Positions 40,768 to 53,715 of a DNA stretch of 64,000 bases are shown piece after piece. This stretch comes from Puccinia triticina (Eukaryota), in assembly GCA_026914245.1 (NCBI GenBank), contig CP110439.1, positions 124,001-188,000 of the forward strand, in the 5' to 3' direction. Both the position numbers and the translations under genes were made by a program. The notes beneath the pieces are model-generated. The model had not been told where the DNA came from, did not search any database, and was given only the letters and a program-made list of their open reading frames with translations. How positions within the stretch are numbered: position 1 is the stretch's first letter; every line of letters starts with the position of its first letter.

Positions 40768-42049
40768 ATTGTCGGCCTTAATTCAGGATTGGTTATATTC
40801 TAAGTAGGGAGAATGTCAAAAGAATGAAACTTGTGGGCTGTTCGTCTATTTGTACCAAAAAACCTATCAAGCCGAATCGAGGAAGCAGTTCTGATGATTC
40901 TCGGCCAATAGTTGTCGTCTGATCATCGAATGCCCTACGGGGGATGGGTGGCAAGACTGTTAAGAGATGTCGGTGCTCCGCTGCCAGTCGTTAAGGTTCC
41001 TCAGGGTCGGTGACACGTGCATCCATCCCAATTCCCAACTCATCGAGGTTCCTCCTACTGAGTTTCTCTGACTCACGCGCACGACCTCCTCCGAGGGGGC
41101 GACTGACTTATTTGAGTTCGACATCCATCTATACTGGTAAAAACATGATTGAATCCCGAAGCTACTTATTTCTGATGTATCCCAAGGTTAAAAAAAAAAA
41201 AAAAAGCAAGTCACAGCAGCAGGAATGCATACATACTCATGCATGTTAACACTCGGCCAGACCACGCAGCTTCTCAATCCAGAACGGAACCCCAGAAACG
41301 TGTCACGGCGTCCCACAGTTATGTATAATAATGGACTTGCTCGTTTTTGTTTGTTATGTATGTGTGTTGAACTTGCTTGTTTCTATCTGTTGTTCTCTGG
41401 ATAGATTTTAAGAAAGTGTGGATCACAGCTATGTACCTAAAGCATTCCAAATTGTCCTTGACCTGGATTGAGTTCCCGGCGCAATTGTATTCATTGGCGC
41501 CTCCCTAGCTTAGGTTGTAGGCCTGATTTTTCCTATCCGACCTATTGTGTTTTGTAGAATGCTTGGACGGATGGTCCTGTTGCTGTGCACAAATCATGGC
41601 ATTCCATAATTCCATTTTTTTTGTTTTTGTCTCGCATTGTGAAATAAAGATCATCATGATCATTTTCAGTTCGGTACAGGCGGGCTCCGTATGGCAGAAT
41701 GATGGAGATTAAACTGGGGCTGTGCCAGACAACCCCATAACTATAGCACTCAACTTCACTCTTGAAGTCCTAAGCATTAAAACAAAATACATATATGGTA
41801 TTCAAAATTGCATAAGATTTTTTTACATAAAATCATAAACTACAATTTTGGCTGGGAGATGTCACTTAAAGTTTTATGCACCATTGCACGCTGCCTCATG
41901 GACCATATTCAGCCACCTTATTCACATGAGCTACTTGGATGCAGATGTGAATTATCTGGTTTCTCCCTATGACCCATATTGTTTGTCTCCTAGTGGTTTC
42001 CTGCAGCTGTTGCTTGACCATGATGACCTGGAGAGTGGGTGATGGTGCC

Positions 42050-43960
42050 CATTCAGGGGATTGGGGAATCCTCTTGATGGCATGGTTGTACTGGCCATTG
42101 AGGAGACACACCCCCTTTGATGGCCAGTACAGCCCAGCCATCAAAGGGAGTCACCCCCTAGTTGCATACTACATGTCCACCTGTGACATAGGCCAGCAAT
42201 GTCACATGAAGATCCTGTGCAACATTTTCACCCTGATGTTCGCCCTAACATCAGGGTGACATTCATGGCCAGGTTGTACCCGCCATCAAGTGGAGTTGAT
42301 GGCGGGTACAACTTGGCCATCGGAGGCAGAATCCCTTTGATGGCCAGGTTGTACTGGCCATCAAAGGGAGTACACACCCTGTTTGATGGCTGTTGAAACT
42401 CAGCCATCAAAGGGCTTTGATGGCTGAGTTGTAACAGTCATCAAACAGATTTTTTACTTCCTTTGATGTCCGGTGCAACCCGGCTATCAAAGGGAGGCTG
42501 CCTTCATTAATTGTTCGCGCTGTACCAGCCATTGCAGGGAGTTCACACTCCCTTCAATTGCTGGGCTGCAGCGGCCATTGAAAGGAGTACACGCTACCTT
42601 TTTGCTGGTACAACTCTGCCATCAAAGGGAGTGGGGGAGTTGAAAATTCTCTTGATGGCAGGGTTGTACCCGCCATTACCCTCCCTTTGATGGCCAGGAA
42701 AGCCCGGCCATCAAAGGGAGTTGCCTGCTGGTCTCATGCAACAGGTCTATACGTGACATAGGCCATCAATGTCACATTAAGATCCTGCTTGAAATTGTCA
42801 CCCTGATGTTTGCCAGAACATCAGGGTGACATTCATGGCCAGGTTGTACCTGCCATCAAGTGGAGTTGATGGCGGGTACAACTTGGCCATTGGAGGCAGA
42901 CTCCCTTTGATGGCCAGGTTGTACTGGCCATCAAAGGGAGTACACACCCTGTTCAATTTCTGTTACAACTCAGCCATCTAAGGACTTTGATGGCCAAGTT
43001 GTAACAGCCATCAAACCAATTTTGAACTACCTTCAATGTCCGGTGAAAAACAGCTATTGAAGGGACCTTAAGTTATAAAGTGCATGAACAAGTGTGGTCT
43101 TGGAATCACTATTGTTACCAACCTCATTTGTCAGAGTTTTGATGCCAGGGTTGTACTGGCCATTTGACGGAGTTTTTCCTCAATGGCCAACACAAACCTG
43201 CCATCAAGAGGAGTGTGCACTCTGTTTAATGGCAGAGTTGTAGCAGCCTTTGAAGGGAGTGTGTACTCCCTTCAATAGCTGCTACAACCCAGCCAATGAA
43301 GGAAGTGTGAATTTCTCATCATGGATGGTACAGAGCGCTGGTTAATTGGAGGCAACCTGCTTATGATGGCTGATTTATACCTGTCATTGATGGGATTGTC
43401 AACTCCTCTTGATGGTGTTATGAGCTGTAGCACAAGCTCCGCAGCACAGACTCACATGTGCATAGAATACACGTACATGTCACGGACCATACTCAAGGTT
43501 CAAGAGGCTGGAGATCCAAGCCTCTTCCTCATCCTGCAATCTACTATCTTGGATCCAGAACCCCCAGACCACAGACTCCATCTTCCTCTCCATAGAACAG
43601 ACCATAACAGATGGCAATTACAACTCAGACATGAATTTCACCCTCAAATTTGGGCAAACTTCAGAGTGGAAATGGTTGAACAGGATCTTGTGAAATTTCT
43701 GGCCTACTTCACAGTTGGACCTGTAGGATGCAGCTAGTGGGAAACTCTCTTCAATGGCCAGTTTTTACTGGCCATCAAAGTGATTGTGTCTCCTCAATGC
43801 TGGTACAACCCAGCCATCAAGAGGATTTCCCACTCCCCACTCCCTTTGATGGAAGAGTTGCACCAGCCATCAAAGGGAGAGTGTACTCCTTTTGATGGAA
43901 GATACAGCCTATCAATCAAAGGGAGTGTGAGATCCCCCCTCTGGCTGGTATAGCTCAAAA
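42050..43960. repeat. Array of short palindromic TTGATGGC..GCCATCAA units with a ~570-bp higher-order duplication (TE internal repeat)
   Basis: Dozens of TTGATGGCCAGGTTGTAC/GCCATCAAAGGGAG units; 42183 to ~42500 is repeated at 42753 to ~43065. Similar motifs occur inside CACTA 56060-56890. Confidence 0.8.
43416..43609. mobile_element. Solo LTR, 194 bp
   Basis: TGTTATG...CATAACA ends; 5-bp TSD GATGG. Confidence 0.88.
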
Positions 43961-44029
43961 ATTGGATGCAGACTACAATCCTGGATAAGGTAGCCACTAC
44001 TCAGGTCTGGTGATGATTAAATGTTAAAC

Positions 44030-44702
44030 TGTGGAGCCCAGGGGATCATGTGTTTCCAGTGGTCAGGAAATTTGAAAAATTGATGCTAATTACATCACAT
44101 TTGAACAATGTTTGGCCTGAACACAATTTTTGCAACACGCCAGGCAGGTAAGAGATGATTATGGTGTCTTCCACCTCCTCCCACTTCAGGTATTTCTGAA
44201 AGAGAAGTTGGATTGTACCACCCTGAAATGATAACCTGGAGATGCATACATCTTGAGGTCCCCTTGCAAGTTGTGCCTTGCCGGAGATGCATACATCTTG
44301 AGGTCCCCTTGTGCCTTTAGATTCATCTTCATCAGTACATATTTCACCAAACCATTAGATAACATTGCCATTTACACATCTTATTCACTTTCACACATAC
44401 CAGAAATATATCCCCCTGCATATATCATTCAAATTTGCACATCAACTTTCATCTTTGCCCCCACTACTCCTCTCCTCCTCATACCCTACAGGTACAAGTA
44501 GTCAGCTCATAGTATTAGTCAGTCTAAAATTATAGTAGAAAAGCCACACCTCTCTTCTTTTTCTTAGTGTTACACTCATCCCCAGCAGTATTAGTCAGGA
44601 AGGCAGCTCTTATATCAGCATCCTTGGCGTAGCTTACATTATTACTAGTGTAGTTATACATTTCCCTTCCCAGCTCTATTTTCCCATTTGAGTAGTTCCA
44701 CA
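44030..44702 (+). mobile_element. Probable LTR fragment
   Basis: TGTGGA...TCCACA ends and an internal 46-bp tandem duplication (44238/44284), but no matching TSD. Confidence 0.45.
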
Positions 44703-44705
44703 GCG

Positions 44706-45960
44706 CTAATTAAATATAGTATAATAGATGCATCGTTGATGTAACTGACTGATGGTATCTTCTGATCTAGAGGGGTGCAAGGTGTGCTTTCCATGGTGTC
44801 CTGTGTAGTTTTGGCCGTAGAATCCATTGGTGATGCCATATTGGTTGATTTGAGAGTTTCCATATGAGAAAAAAAGGAAATTTGGAAATGGGTTAGATGG
44901 GTAACCATAAAGCATACCACACCGGTTCAGGCCAGACGAACCAAATGAGAATGAGACAAAGGCAACTTACAATATCATGCGCCCAAAGTTGGGTATTTTG
45001 AGTAGTCAAGGGGATGTATTGGGTGGGGAACTTTGGATTGATGAAGACCAGCCATTTCAAGAGGTACTTCATGCTGGGCGTGTGCTTTCTGTAAAGCTGG
45101 ATCATGAAAACATCAAGCCCCTTGAAATTGCTGGCTGAAAGATTATTATTGTTCAAGCTGAGACCGCCACTGGCTTTCTGAGCCGCCATCTGAGTCAAAA
45201 CATGTGTTTTGATATCAAACAAAATCTTTGCCTGTTTTGATATGGCTGCAAGATTTTCCATCTCAACAGGGCATAGCACATCAAATCAAATCAATTTGAG
45301 TATTTGTATTTGAATTCGATTCGAGTCGAATAATGCCTGGGCAAATTTAAGCTCAAATATTCAAAAAAATTCAAATAATGGCTCAATGGGGCGCGTAGAG
45401 GGCCAATGCAAGCTTCTCTGGGGCCCAAAGGCCCCAGATGAGTTTGCACAGGCCCTATACCAGCCGCTTTAGTGCAAAACAAAAAAAAATCTGCCTCTGG
45501 CACTTTGAAAAGTGCGTCCGCCACTACAAAAGGTGTGTCTTGTAATTTTTTGGTGTTTTTAATGTATTTTGGAAGTTTTTCCGTTGAATATCTCCGAATA
45601 CTCAAATATTCGACGAATCAGTATTCGAGGGGCCCAAAAAACGTGTCGAATACCACCGTGCTATGCCCTGCATCTCAACGTGGATACCGGTGTGGAAGTG
45701 ATCCGCGTGGGTGTCTCTCATGGTATGGATCCAATGAGCATAAGTTTCCTTGTTGTTGACCGTGTAGTTGTACTTCTTGTGGAATTCCAGGGTTGTCTTG
45801 AAGTCCAAAGAGACCTTCCAAGAACTGGGTGGGGATCCAGAGGCAAGTGCGTTTTGGATGAGTACGTCAGAACCATCCACAATCTTGCCAGCCTCTGTTG
45901 CAACAAAGCTGCGGAAATTGTTGAGATTCAAAGATCCAATATCAAATGATGAATGATAAA
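44706..45960 (-). pseudogene. Decayed hypothetical gene, probably TE-associated, split by a hAT MITE
   Basis: Removing 45267-45670 plus one TSD joins ...GIHVEM to ENLAAISKQAK... in frame. Downstream intron donor GTAAGT. Confidence 0.55.
45267..45670. mobile_element. hAT-type MITE
   Basis: TIR CAGGGCATAGCAC...GTGCTATGCCCTG; perfect 8-bp TSD CATCTCAA. Confidence 0.92.
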
Positions 45961-46397
45961 AATGTAATGTGAAACCTTTGTGGAGTCCGCAGTATGCACA
46001 GGCTTTACAAGCCAACACAAATTTTACCAGCAACATGCATTCAGTGAAGTAGTGAATTCTGAATGGCATGATACTCCAAAGTGAAGATGTAAAACCCTGG
46101 GTTTCACTTCCAAGTAGTTGCTCACATGGTGACATAAATTTGACACTCCTACCTTGTAAAGGATGTACAATGGAGATAAACTGGGAAGTAAATTCTGGAT
46201 AGGCTTGGGAGGGATTATCAGTTAAACAGAAAAACACACCATGTGATGCAGGTGGACAGCCAAAACTTTGCCCTGATCCCCACATGAGATTAGACTGGAA
46301 GTATGATCCATTCAACATCACATCCAGCCTGCAGTTTGTAATGAGTTCAGCACCAGCATAGCCATTACTTGCTCCTGGAAGCACCACCAACATTCAA

Positions 46398-46475
46398 CTG
46401 ACATCCAACCCAGAGCCTGACAAAATTACGGTCTGGCACTCTCTAGAGAGTGCCACACTTTCCCCCCTGGTGTAT
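46398..46475 (+). mobile_element. Terminus of an unclassified TE with palindrome GCACTCTCTAGAGAGTGC (second copy at 13421-13479 + 14599-14622)
   Basis: ACTGACATC..ACCCAGA..AAAATTAC.GTC.GGCACTCTCT.GAGAGTGC..CCCCTGGTGTAT is shared by both loci. Confidence 0.55.
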
Positions 46476-47435
46476 GGATTTATAGCTACAATACACCCAT
46501 ACATATGGGTTTAGCATATGTAAGCTGATATGTATGGCTTAGAAAAATGAAACTTTTTTTTGGATGGTCAGAAACCTTAGCCCACTTAGAACTGGAATCT
46601 ACATTATCCAAATAGCTCAAAATGTCATCTACATGACATACTACTCAAATGATGGGCCATGCATTTGGCCGGCATCTAAAATGTCTTTTTGCAGGCGAGG
46701 CTGTACAGTAGGATGCCTTGCGCAACTGTACCAGGTGATACATGGGTTCAAAAGGAAATTTGGACAATTGGCTGAGCAGCCTCAAGCCAAATCTGGGACA
46801 TTGGGCACAAGTCCCTCCTTGGGGGAGCACAGTTAAGTTTGGCAAGCACCCTCCCGCCAGGGAGGGACTTGCATGCAATTTCAAGGTTCTCGCGTGAGCA
46901 GTACCAGCCAAATGGCTGGAAAGACCATAAAACCCCCCAGATGACCACCAACCCCTCTGATATTTGAGAAGCTGAGGGCACCATTGGAATCCTCAGGACC
47001 TCCTACATTTTCTGAACTGTTGAAAACTTAAAAAACAAGATGCAATTGTGTTTGAAAACATTTGTAAAGATGGCCAGCAGCCAATCATCTGTCACAGGAA
47101 TTACAGATTGGTTTCTGGGGCAAAAAACTATCACACCCTTTTCACACCCCTCAGAGCTGTTAAAATGGCTTTCATGAAACACATGTAGAAACCTCAATAG
47201 TGTCACTTCTGACTTTTTTATAGAAATCTTAGGCAAGAAGGTAGGCTCCACTTCCCTCATCTTGATTCTTTGTTGAGATGCTCAGTTGTAGGTGCTAAAG
47301 GATCTTGAAATCAAAATACAACAAAATAACACAAAAAACCTGGTCTTCTCAGGCTGCGACTCCGACTTTGCACATAAGCCTCTCCTTTGGAGAAACTTCA
47401 GGCCTCCTCAGAGAGGCTTAGTCCAGCTCGGGCAG

Positions 47436-47650
47436 TAGAGATTGTCATTTGGCACCTGTTGGGGGGTACCTGTCACACTTCAAACCATGCTATCCACACA
47501 ACCAGGCACCAGCAATGCAGGCAGAGAATGCAGTAATACTCAAGTTTAAGTCCTGGACCCTTCACCTGCTTGGCTGGTGGCTAAAAGTGCACAGCACTTG
47601 TTCTGAAGTGTGGCAGGTACCCCCCAACAGGTGCCAAATGACAATCTCTA
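47436..47650. mobile_element. hAT-type MITE
   Basis: About 45-bp TIR TAGAGATTGTCATTTGGCACCTGTTGGGGGGTACCTG; 8-bp TSD TCGGGCAG/TTGGGCAG. Confidence 0.9.
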
Positions 47651-47767
47651 TTGGGCAGGCAAGCCATTTTGGAGTCTGTGTGTTGGGAAGCTGCGGCTCA
47701 CAGCCCTAGGATGAGAAGATCCTGTTTGGATACCCAGGTATCCGCCAAGTTTTCCCAGAATCTCAGA

Positions 47768-47879
47768 CACCAGGAAAAAACAATTATCACTTGCCTACAA
47801 GTGACATGAAAAATTACAAAGGCCTCTTTGTAATTTCCTATATCACTTTAAGACAAGTGATCATTGTTTTTTCCTGGTG
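47768..47879. mobile_element. 112-bp CACTA/EnSpm-like foldback element with CACCAGG ends
   Basis: CACCAGGAAAAAACAAT.ATCACTTG / CAAGTGATCATTGTTTTTTCCTGGTG; 3-bp TSD AGA; same ends as 59070-59986. Confidence 0.85.
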
Positions 47880-49105
47880 AGACATCCACATCCGCTGGCG
47901 GATACCCGTAGCGGGTTCAAAATGACCATCTCTACCCCTGTTGCACTTGCACAGGCTGCTCCGCTCATTGCAGTTGAATTATGCCCAAGGGGAGATACCC
48001 CTTTTTTTGACTCCCCTATTGGGCTTGCATAGGTTAAGCCAACAAACTCTTAAATTTATTTTGCTGGGAAAAATTTTCAATTTTTTCTGTCTTTGATCAT
48101 ACCATTTGCTCCCTTCTTTCCCCTTGCATTTACAACAGTCAGAGGGGGGAGAACCCAGTCCCTTTTAATTCATGTTTCATGAATTGGGGGATCAGTCCAA
48201 GGCATTAATTTTCAGGGACTTTGAAATGATTTCTCATGGCACCAAAGTCAAACATACTTCTGCCTGAAATAGGGGAAACAGTACCAAATGGGCCACACAG
48301 CCACTGGCAGGCCCCTTTTGGAGCCTTTTGGGAAATGTGCAGGGGAAACCCATGATCCAAATTTTCACAACAGTGTGCATTTAATATACTTAGATGTGGG
48401 AGCAATGACCTAGAGCATTGCAGGAATCTGTGGTTCAACTTACACAGGCTGTAGCTTGCTTGATTTGCAAGCTACATATGAGGTCCTGAGCATTGATAGA
48501 TGCTCTGGCATCTTGGCTATCTTTCTGTCAACTCAGAATTTTAAAAGATCTGGTAAACCAAAAAAGAAAAGAGGAAGAGGAGAAACAAAAACTGGCTGTG
48601 CTTGGACCCCCAGGCTTGCACCACATGAGATGAGGGTTGTTCTGGCTTGCCTTGCCTTGTTTCAAAAATCCACCAAAAATATGCCGGTTGATTGATTGAT
48701 GGGGGTGAATTCTAAAAGTGGTAGCTGGGATGGACAGCATCAAAACTGCAGGCTGCAAAATTTGAAGACTGCAATTTCTTCACTTTTTTGGTGGATGGCT
48801 TACGTGCCACGACCCCCACATTTGAACTTGGCACAAGTCCCGTCCTAACTTAACACAAGTCCCCCTGGTGGGAGGCTCGCTGTGGCTGGCCGCAAAGCGG
48901 CCCCTCCCGCAGGGAGGGACTTGCATATTATCCCCAATTTCATAGGGGAGCAGAAAGTACCAAATGGCTGTAAGGTTTTTTAACTTTTTAATAGCTCCAC
49001 CACCCAGCACCTCCAAAGGTCTGAGCCGCAGCTTTCTGACCCTTTGACATCTCCTCTACAATTCTGTCTCCTTAGAATTTTTGTATCACCATCAATGTAT
49101 TTTTA

Positions 49106-49280
49106 GGGTGTTCAAAATTGATTTTTGAATATCATTTTACATAAAATCATAAGATTTATTAAAGTGTTCAGAGGTGTTTGAAATGAAGAGAACCCTCAAC
49201 TTTCACCCCATCAAAACTTTGGACATGTAGCTCTTATGATTTTATGTAGAAAGTAGTTTGAAAATCAATTTTGAACACCG
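49106..49280. mobile_element. MITE nested in copy B
   Basis: TIR GGTGTTCAAAATTGATTTT..TACATAAAATCATAAGA and its inverse; flanked by TA; absent from copy A. A related end occurs at ~41797-41845. Confidence 0.8.
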
Positions 49281-49770
49281 TATTTGAATAAATTTTTGAA
49301 AAGTGACTCTCAAGAAATGGATCTGCACAAGGATTCACAAGGCTGTATTGCTTGTAGATCCTGTGGACCAACAAATCTGCGTGCTTCCTAGGTTGTATGT
49401 AAATTGACACATTGTATGTACATAAGCTAAGATCACCACTGTGCTTCCCTCTGGCCAAATGCAGATCCACACATGGATCTTCCAAACTTAAGACATGGTT
49501 TGGAATTTTGTTTTGCTGCCTTGACCTAGATTCCTGGACACTTTTGCGACTAGGGATTGCAGTCTTTGGATTGAGAGGCTGGAACAGGTGTCAGAATTTG
49601 CGCATTTATCAAGGCTACAAGACTGTCTATTCAGTTTTCTTTTATTGTTTTTATTACAATTTATAGGGCTGTATTTTTATTTTTTGCACTGAATATCCCT
49701 TCTGTTCCTGCCAAAATTGAGGGATAGCGAGTAAGCTCTCCTACGGGGAGCGCTCCGCGCGGGTCCCCCG

Positions 49771-50000
49771 TGAAGAGCTAGGATATCAGGAAATGGCGAG
49801 ATGAGATGGAAAACTCCCCCAAGGGAAGAATAAGATTACAGCATATGTAGAGTATATATACATGTATGGTTATGTAGTTGGGTTGATGAGAAGAAATGAA
49901 TAAAACCATAATGAAACTATGTAGTAAGATGTAATGTGACGTAATGAAAATCTCTAAAACCATGACAAATATATAAGACCCAAAATGACCTATCATAACA
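49771..50000 (-). mobile_element. Solo LTR, 230 bp, nested in copy B
   Basis: TG...CA ends; 5-bp TSD CCCCG; absent from copy A. Confidence 0.88.
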
Positions 50001-50490
50001 CCCCGGACCTCCGTTCGAGTGGCTTTGTTAAGCTAGAGTCCCGTCAGTGTGACAGATCATGGACCCCTCGGGACATCTCCTTGCAGGCCGCTACAGACGA
50101 GCTGATTGACAGCCTGGGCCCTGACCGTTGGAGATGCTCTGAAGTTAACAAGGATCGAAACAACCACAGAAAACGAATATTTCAATTCTTAGACATTGGA
50201 GATGTCTTCGGGTACACACACACAACACACGTACATTATTTCTAATTACATGATCAGGGGAGGAAGTAGGAAGAAGGGCCCCCAAATATATATATATGCA
50301 TAATTAGATTGTAGTATATTTGAGGGAGGAGCCAATAAATAATGGTGAAGCAGATGGGCCACTTTTGATTTGTCTCGAAACCAAAGCCAAACTGCACTCA
50401 AATGAATCAAAAAAAACGAAGGGAAGTTGTGTGAATGGGTAGAAGGGAGGACTGAAAAAACGATGAAGATAGGAAAGGAAAGAAGGATAA

Positions 50491-52936
50491 TCAAGAGTCA
50501 GCGACTTCGTTATCGACCTGTTCGACCGAATCAACGACTTCGGAGACGAAGACGTTGAGCAGCCCGGGCACTTCTCGTTCGGCGGTTTCGATGGCCAACT
50601 GGAACTTATCGATAGCCGCGACGGCAGCAGCATTTCCTTTGATCCTCTCTCGAATCTATCCAGATCACACGACATATAAGTCAGGACCTTCGCTTGGTTT
50701 TCGGAAATAAGAGTACAGAGAACTTACGGATTGTATGACAGGAATGACAACTGTATCAAGAATCTCTCCGGCGCTCTCGTGATCCTCATCCTCCTCCTCC
50801 TCCTCGCCTTCAGCATGAAGATACTCATCATCAGCTTGGTCCTGATGATGGTGATGATGATAGGCTCGATGAGCATCCTGATCATGATCGATGTGATTTT
50901 TCTTATGGTTCTTAGAGCTCGAAGGTTGCGGATCTCTTCGTTCGGGCAGGTTGGGGTCGTGATGCTGGTCCCGAGTGGCAGGTTCCTTCTGACGGCCGTT
51001 TGGAGGCCGTTTGGAGCTGCCTGCTTGATGGGATTCAGCGGAAGTGGGGGGATGCTTGGCACGAATGCTGCCTTTGCCGTTCCCGATCTGAGCAGCAATG
51101 TTACTAGGCGGAGGTGCAGGTGGACTTCGAGCGAACTCCCTACTGCTTCTGATATCTTGTGAATGTTGTCCAACAGCTGCACCACCGTTGTAAGCTCTAT
51201 GATGCCCCGATTCAACTTGGACTTCCAGACCTTCTGAGCTGGGCACGCCGGCATGAGCTTGACTGGACTTTCGTCTAGATTGGGCCTTTTGTCCAGGAGA
51301 TTCGGAGACCGGAGCTTTCTTCTTCTTCTGACCGGGGGATTTCTTGGGTTTGCTAGGACGGGCGTCTGAAGGGCTGGTTGGAGGAAGTGTATGTCGGACG
51401 GTTTCAAACTTGGGTTCAGCACCATAGTCCCGTTGAATGACTCCAGCCGGTGGTTGTGGTTGCTGGGAGCGTTGAGGATTGTGTTTGGATGATGAGGCTG
51501 GTAATGGGGAGACGGGGTTCTGAGATGGGCCTGGGGGTACTCTTCTGGTAGTGCCTTTCTTGATTGTACCAAAGTCCCACATATCGTTTGATGCTGAGTG
51601 ATCATCGTGAGCCTGATTACCATCCTCATGATCGTTATTACCCGAAATCTTATTTTGATGGCCGCCCTCGATCTTCCATCGTTCTAAACGTTCGATCAAT
51701 TCGGTCAGATAACTTGGCTTCTTTGAATTCCTAATGAATTTGTGTTTGAGGAGTTCCTTTGCGCTCGGCCGGGCATTCGGATCCCGCTTGAGACATTCAC
51801 TAATAAAGTCTTTGAAGGTCTTGCTGAATTCGGGACCATCCAGGACTGGTGGAGGGTTTTTGGGAATCAAGAAGAGGACTTTCATCGGGTGTAGATCCGC
51901 GTAAGGTGGCTCTCCCTTTGCTAGCTCGATGGCAGTGATTCCAAGAGACCAGATATCCGCTTTAGAATCGTAGCCTGATTGCTTAATAACTTCAGGCGAC
52001 ATCTAAACAGATCAACAGAGAGGAGGTTGGTTCAACAGGTTGTAGCTCAGTGGAGACTGGGATATCAGATCCATCGATCGAGACCATACCCACCCAATAA
52101 GGAGTTCCAACAAATGTGTTCTTCTTGGTCATCGTTGCTGTCAGTTGGCCACTAACCCCGAAATCAGCCAGTTTGACTTCGCCTGTTGAGCTCAACAAGA
52201 CATTGGCAGCCTTGATATCACGGTGTAGCTTTCCTTCTTGATGTAGATAATCCAATCCTTTTAGAAGTTCCTTGAGGATGATCGCGATGTATTCTTCTCT
52301 GAACACGCCGGGTTTCATCTGAACAGTAGGTTCAATGGAAATGAGTATCACCGCTGGGCCATGTTTATCTATTGGCCAGAGAATCACACAGAGAGAAAGT
52401 GCTGCAGTCAACCAACGCCAGAATGTACATACTAACCAGATCACTACAACTGCCCCCACTACAGTATTCCATGATGATCCAAAGGCTGGTCCCCTTGAGA
52501 TACGAGCCATGATAACTGAAAGTAGAGTAGCATGAGCTTGATCAGTGATGATGATAGTACATTCTCTGAGTGTGAATTAACGGACCGAGTAACATAAGAC
52601 GAGTCCAGTTGACTCAATATGGCGATTTCTTGTTGAATGTCTTCAATCTCATCTTCAGCGCTTTCGAGATCGATAACCTTGATGGCAACTGACCAGAAGA
52701 AATGGGAAGAAAGGTTCAAGTAATTTTAAACTGCAGTCTCATCCAGACAACGGGGGGTGGAGGGGAGATGCGATACCTGGTTTCCTGGTCCGTTTGTCAA
52801 ATGCCTTGAAGACTTCCCCAAAGCTCCCCTTGCCGATTCTGTCCTGTCTGACGTAGAATTCTTCAGGGTCGGCCTGTCTCTCGTTGCTCTGGTTGATGGT
52901 GGAGGTGCTATTCCGACTGGGGGGGAGATGACTCAT
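50491..52936 (-). CDS. STE20-family GCK-III Ser/Thr kinase (MST3/STK24/25-like)
   Basis: [66 protein letters not shown]; low-complexity linker; C-terminal helical domain ..[17 protein letters not shown]. Confidence 0.93.
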
Positions 52937-53450
52937 GTCGGTTCGTGCGGGGGTGTTTCTCTCGGAGGTGGGGGTGTCTGGGTTGGGTTGGCTGAGGAGG
53001 AATGCTGGTGTTGGTTTATGTATCTACCGAAAAAGTGACTCGCACGGTGACAATCGAATTCGGTGAATAATTAACCGTCGAATCGTCGATGGTTATATGC
53101 ACAGTGCACAACAGTCCAAAATCACTCGAACTTTCCTTTCATCAACCAACTTTCGACAAAAGTAAATGCATGGACCTCTAAACAACTTAAGCACTGCCTC
53201 ACCGGCGTCCAAGCACACCAGCTCAGCCTGCCGCTCTTCCGATCATAACGAAGGGAGAAGACCCTAGCACTGTGGCACATGATACTGTTCCCAAGAACAA
53301 ACAAGCCAAACGCCGTTTTGAAACGGCCAAAAGCATTTAAGCTGGCGAGCGAGAGACAGCGAAAGACCAAGCTAGACCAAGCCCAACGGCGAATCGACCT
53401 CCAAAGCACAACAGTCCACATTTGTATTGACAACACCCGCAGCTAGCTGC

Positions 53451-53607
53451 CACTACAGGCATGTTACCTGTCGCTGCGGGATGCAGCGTCACCCTGTCGT
53501 TGCAAGCCCGCGTGACTGCGCAAGTAGGCGCAGTCACTGCGACCGCGACCCCAAATGCAACGTCAGGTGACGCTGCGGGCAACAAAGAGACCTATTTGCC
53601 CGTAGTG
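53451..53607. mobile_element. CACTA MITE, 157 bp
   Basis: CACTACAGGCA...TGCCCGTAGTG; 3-bp TSD TGC. Confidence 0.85.
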
Positions 53608-53617
53608 TGCGCAGTCC

Positions 53618-53715
53618 GCCTCAGTAGCCCAGTGGTAGAGCGTTTGCCTAGTACGAGCCCGCCCGGCTGACATAGTCCTAGCAAAAGGTCCAGTGTTCGA
53701 CTCACCGTTGAGGCA
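53618..53715 (+). tRNA. tRNA-Thr(AGT) with a 26-nt intron; two stem mismatches, possibly a pseudogene
   Basis: Acceptor stem GCCTCAG/TTGAGGC-A; D arm GCCC-AGTGGTA-GAGC; anticodon arm TTTGC-CT-AGT-A[intron]A-GCAAA; T arm CAGTG-TTCGACT-CACCG; mature length 72 nt. Confidence 0.8.

Larger units (their letters stand above)
48845..50036 (-). mobile_element. Non-autonomous DNA transposon with 9-bp TSD (AcademH-type), copy B
   Basis: CTAACTTAAC...GTTAAGCTAG; perfect TSD AGTCCCGTC (48836-44 / 50037-45); inverted homologue of 15038-16180. Confidence 0.87.

Noticed and set aside
42050..43960. CRISPR-like array of palindromic repeats
   Set aside because: Eukaryotic context, no unique spacers, irregular period and no cas genes; explained as a TE-internal repeat.
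50724..51629. 301-aa alternative-frame ORF within the kinase
   Set aside because: Shadow frame of the low-complexity linker exon.
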